This document shows positions 60,436-64,000 of a stretch of 64,000 nt of DNA, piece after piece. Each line of letters opens with the position of its first letter. Position 1 is the stretch's first letter. Position numbers and translations under genes: made by a program. The DNA lies in NCBI GenBank assembly GCA_020632795.1, contig JACKEV010000010.1, positions 95,127 through 159,126 on the forward strand. Direction: 5' to 3'. Under the pieces are notes generated by a model that saw nothing but the letters and a program-made list of their open reading frames with translations, was not told where the DNA came from and did no database searches. The DNA is from Alphaproteobacteria bacterium (lineage in GTDB: Bacteria; Myxococcota_A; UBA796; CAJQPC01).

Positions 60436-60866
60436 TGGTCCGTCTCCTCGTTTGCGCAGTTCTCCTCCTCTCGCCCCTCGCCCACGCCCAGTCCCTGCCC
60501 GACTGCCGGGCGCTGGCGATGTCTGAGCGGGCCGCACCCCAGCGGGGGCCCGGGGCGCGGGAGCCGGACCCGATGGTCGGCACGGTGCGGTGGACGCTGA
60601 CGCTGGCCATCCGGGGCTGGCAGCTCCTGGCCTCCCCGGCGAACGGGTCGAGCTGCGCGTTCTACCCCACCTGCTCGGGCTACGGGCTGCAGGCGGTGAA
60701 GCGCAACGGGCCGGTGCTGGGGGCGATCATGGCCGCCGAGCGCATCAACCGGAACCACGACGGCTGGCGGTACACCCCCTGCGAGGTCAACGGGCGCACC
60801 TACCTCTACGATCCGGTCTCCGACAACGACTTCTGGATGCGCCGACGCCGGGGCGGGCGCCGATGA
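60432..60866 (+). CDS. yidD: YidD-like membrane protein insertion efficiency factor
   Basis: SCAFYPTCSGYGLQAVKRNGPVLGAIMAAERINRNHD matches the YidD/DUF37 core (C.FYPTCS.Y...A....G...G......RI.RC.P). ATGA coupling at both ends. Confidence 0.55.
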   Translation: MMVRLLVCAVLLLSPLAHAQSLPDCRALAMSERAAPQRGPGAREPDPMVGTVRWTLTLAIRGWQLLASPANGSSCAFYPTCSGYGLQAVKRNGPVLGAIMAAERINRNHDGWRYTPCEVNGRTYLYDPVSDNDFWMRRRRGGRR

Positions 60867-61813
60867 TCGCGCTGCTTCTGCCGCTGGCCCTGGCCCAGGA
60901 ACTCCCCGAGCCCCCCGCGCCGCCCCCGCCGCCCCCGGCGGTCGCGCCCGCCGCGCCCGACACCGGCTACGCCGACGAGCTGATGCGCCTGGGCGCCTGG
61001 CGGGAGGCCTGGGTGGAGTACGGCCGGGTGGCGTACGCGCTGGGGTCGGGCAACGCCGCCGACCGGGCGCGGCTGCAGGCGGGCCTGGCCCTCCAGCGGC
61101 TGGAGACCAGCCTCGACCCCCGGCTCATCGGGGCGCCGCTGCCCACCACCACCGCCGCGTACTTCAACGACGCCGCCGCGCTGGCCACGCCGGAGAACGC
61201 GCCGGTGCTGCGCTTCCTGGCGGCGGAGGGCCTCTACCAGACCGGCAGCTACGCCGGGGCGCGCTCCGCCCTGGACAGCTTCACCCTGCCGTCCCTCTCC
61301 GCGGAGCAGGCCTACCGGCTGGCCTGGCTGGACCTGCGGGACGGGGAGACCGAGGCGGCCCGGTCGGCCTTCGCGGCGGTGCCCGGGGACGGCCCGCTGG
61401 CCCAGGCCGGAGACCGCTTCGCCGAGACCCTGGCCACCGAGCCGCCGCTGCCCACCCGCTCGCCGGTCGCCGCCGGGTTCATGTCCGCGGTCGTGCCCGG
61501 CTCCGGGCAGCTCTACGCCGGAGAGCCCCAGGACGCCGCCTCGGCCTTCGTGCTCAACAGCGCGCTCATCACGGGCACCGCCCTGCTGGCCCGCAAGCGC
61601 CAGTGGGTGGGCACGGCCACGCTCGGGGCGCTGGCGCTGGGCTTCTACACCGGCAACATCTTCTCGGCGGTGAACAGCAGCCACCGGCGGAACCGCCGCC
61701 TGGAGCGCGCCCGGCTGGGGTCCTGGGAGCAAGACTACGAGCTGCACGTCGACGTGGCTCCGGGGGCGACGGACGACCCGCTGACCCTGGAGGCCACGGT
61801 TGGGAATCCCTAG
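60863..61813 (+). CDS. Hypothetical secreted/membrane protein
   Basis: MIALLLPLALAQ signal; Pro-rich tract; C-terminal TM helix. Confidence 0.4.
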   Translation: MIALLLPLALAQELPEPPAPPPPPPAVAPAAPDTGYADELMRLGAWREAWVEYGRVAYALGSGNAADRARLQAGLALQRLETSLDPRLIGAPLPTTTAAYFNDAAALATPENAPVLRFLAAEGLYQTGSYAGARSALDSFTLPSLSAEQAYRLAWLDLRDGETEAARSAFAAVPGDGPLAQAGDRFAETLATEPPLPTRSPVAAGFMSAVVPGSGQLYAGEPQDAASAFVLNSALITGTALLARKRQWVGTATLGALALGFYTGNIFSAVNSSHRRNRRLERARLGSWEQDYELHVDVAPGATDDPLTLEATVGNP

Positions 61814-62318
61814 CCTGCTGCTGGCGCTGGCCTGCGGCAGCGGCGACCCTGGCGGGCCGATGGGCCGGGTGGAGGGGCGCACCTGGTACCTGCCCGGGGC
61901 GGGGCTGGCGGTGGACTTCCCCCCGGGCTGGCAGATCGTGGTGGACCCCGCGCTGTTCCGCAGCGGCCTGGGGGACGTGGTGCTGGAGGGCGCCCTCGGG
62001 GACACCCGCGTCGCCCTGAGCTGGCACCCCCTGCCCAACGCCTCGGCCCTGGGGGACCCCAGCGCCCTGGACCTCCTGATGCTGCGGGCCCCCGCGCCCG
62101 GCGCATGGGACCGCCCCGGCTACCGCTTCGGGCGCCTGGCCCACTGCGACGGCGCCATCGAGCGCATCCAGCGCGGTGACGACGGCCTGGACTTCGCCCA
62201 GTACGCGGTGGCCGGGCGGGACGGGCTCGTGCTGCTCAGCGCCTGGTCTCCCGAGGGAGCGCTGGACCTGGCGGTCCCCCGCGCGCTGGTGTGCGAGCAG
62301 CTCCGGGTCACCCGGTGA
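61800..62318 (+). CDS. Lipoprotein
   Basis: MGIPSLLLALACGSG lipobox. Overlaps the previous gene by 14 nt. Confidence 0.45.
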   Translation: MGIPSLLLALACGSGDPGGPMGRVEGRTWYLPGAGLAVDFPPGWQIVVDPALFRSGLGDVVLEGALGDTRVALSWHPLPNASALGDPSALDLLMLRAPAPGAWDRPGYRFGRLAHCDGAIERIQRGDDGLDFAQYAVAGRDGLVLLSAWSPEGALDLAVPRALVCEQLRVTR

Positions 62319-63910
62319 GGCGGCTGGCGGCGGCGATCGAGGTCTTCGCGCTCTTCCTGCTGGCCGGGGCGGCGCTGGGGGTGATCGACGGGCTGCGGGC
62401 GGTCCCCTCCCCGGGCGAGCCCTGGATCGAGCGGCTGCGGCCGACCCTGCTGCTGGACGTCGGGGGGATGGCCCTGCCCGGCCTGGGTGCGGCGGTGGCC
62501 GCGGCGCTGCTGGCGCGAAAGCGGCCCTCGATGGTGCGCGTGTCCCTGGCCTCGCTGCTCGTGCTGGGGCTGGCCAGCGCCGCGGTGGCCCCGGTGGTGC
62601 GCAGCTTCGACGTGGCCTACGCCGAGGCCCTGGACGCCTGGCGCCAGGAGCAGCCCCTGCCTGTCCTGCGCCTGGCCGAGGACGACCCCGGGCCGGGTCC
62701 AGTGGTCTGGATCACCGTGGACACCCTGCGGGCGGACGCCGTCGCGCGCATGCCCCGGCTCCGGGCCCACGCCCGGGAGGCGCTGCGCTACACCCAGGCC
62801 CGCAGCGCGGCGCCCTGGACCCTGCCGGCGATGGCCGCGATGCACACCGGGGCACCCCAGCGCGTCCACCGGGCGGGTCTGCGGCTGGATCCGGAGCGTA
62901 CCCACGTCCGCACCGGGGTGGACCCGGCGGTGCCCATGCTCGCTGAGCTGCTCCAGGACGCGGGCTACGTCACCGCCGGGGTGCTGACGAACCCCTACCT
63001 GGGCACTCGCTTCGGCATGACCCGGGGCCTGGACCGGGCCTTCGACCTCACCCGCCAGGCCGTGGTCGCCCGGGGCCTGCGCCGGGCCAGCCTGCTGCGT
63101 CCCTTCGTGCCCGCCCGCGCCGACCACGCCCAGGCGGTCACTGACCGCGCCCTGGAGGCCCACGGCCGCCTTCAGGACGGGCGCTACTTCCTGTGGGTCC
63201 ACTACATCGACCCCCACGCCCCCTACGCGGCCGATCCCGAGGCTCGACGGATGGAGGACCCCTGCGCGCTGCCGGACTGCTTCGGCGACTGGGGGGCGGT
63301 GCGGCGCAGCGGCCTCGTCCTCGATGAGGCCGATCGGGCGCGGATCACAGCGCTCTACGACGCGGAGATCGCCTTCCTGGACGCCCACCTGGACCGCCTG
63401 CTTACGGCGGTGCGACAGGACGGGACCCTCGTCATCCTGGCCGCCGACCACGGGGAGGAGTTCTGGGAGCACGGCGGGGTGGAGCACGGGGCGGGCTTCT
63501 ACGACGAGGTGGTGCGCGTGCCGCTGATGGTCTGGGGGGCGGGAACCGGCACGGTCGAGCGCTCGGTCAGCACACAGTCGCTGTTCGAGGCGACCCTGTC
63601 CTGGGTGGAGCGGGGGACGCTGGGGCCGCTGGCGCCGGAGGGTGAGGCTGCGCAGGTGGGGATGTCATCTGTGTTGTTCGGGGAGGATGGCGCGGCCTGT
63701 ACGGACGGGGTGGTGAAGCTCATCCGGCAGGGAGGACTCAAGGGGTACGATCTGGTCGCCGATCCGGGGGAGACGCACGATCTGTATGGCACCGCGCCGG
63801 AGCGGTTCGGGGGGGTGGCGGGGTGCGTGCCGGAGGTGGTGGAGGCGACGGAGGCGGAGGCGCCGGTGGTGGACTGGGGGGTGCTGCGGGCGTTGGGGTA
63901 TGTGGAGTAG
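62314..63910 (+). CDS. Sulfatase-family (alkaline-phosphatase superfamily) membrane protein
   Basis: GTG start overlapping the previous stop (GTGA). N-terminal TM helices. WITVDTLRAD, HYIDPHAPY and ADHGEEFWEHGG are sulfatase-family signatures, but there is no Cys/Ser in a CxPxR context. Confidence 0.6.
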
Positions 63911-64000
63911 TCTTCTTGGGGGTTGGAAGGGCGATTCTGGGGTGTTTTGAGGGGGTCGGGGTCGGTCATGGGTGCCGGAGAGGGCCTGGAAGAGCCGACG

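Overview
This is a high-GC (roughly 70%) bacterial chromosomal segment. Its domain repertoire suggests a Myxococcota-like deltaproteobacterium (inference from MopE-type Cys-rich repeats, FG-GAP lipoproteins, caspase-like and Ser/Thr-kinase-like proteins, PSCyt-type cytochrome domains). Many of the long ORFs in the six-frame track are GC-driven antisense artefacts. The supportable genes are mostly secreted or lipoprotein genes arranged in translationally coupled operons (ATGA / TGATG / GTGA stop-start overlaps).

Housekeeping genes: gatB, dtd, an inositol monophosphatase, an Hsp70 paralog, an S9 peptidase, a TPP enzyme and a YidD-like protein.

The most striking content is a paralogous expansion of extracytoplasmic caspase-like (peptidase C14) genes. 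Three keep the His/Cys dyad. Two have Val in place of the catalytic Cys and carry a DUF4384-like C-terminus. Each is coupled to genes for MopE-repeat / FG-GAP / RCC1 / fibrinogen-like beta-propeller lipoproteins, including a three-gene FG-GAP array directly downstream of one caspase gene.

Other features of note:
- a DUF4365-like (PD-(D/E)xK-like) protein coupled to an unknown 381-aa partner, a candidate defence or toxin module;
- a tandem radical-SAM (SPASM + short rSAM) operon followed by a lipoprotein and a TonB-C-like protein;
- lower-GC islands at about 20.0-26.4 kb and 48.3-52.2 kb; the second holds an IS4-family element, an IS630 transposase remnant and four diverged copies of a small Cys-rich protein, one with a canonical lipobox;
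- a beta-CASP MBL nuclease-LOG fusion;
- a Lon-like membrane protease;
- an N-lobe-less kinase-like membrane protein co-operonic with gatB and dtd;
- PSCyt-type c-cytochrome-like lipoproteins.

No tRNA, rRNA or CRISPR was detected.
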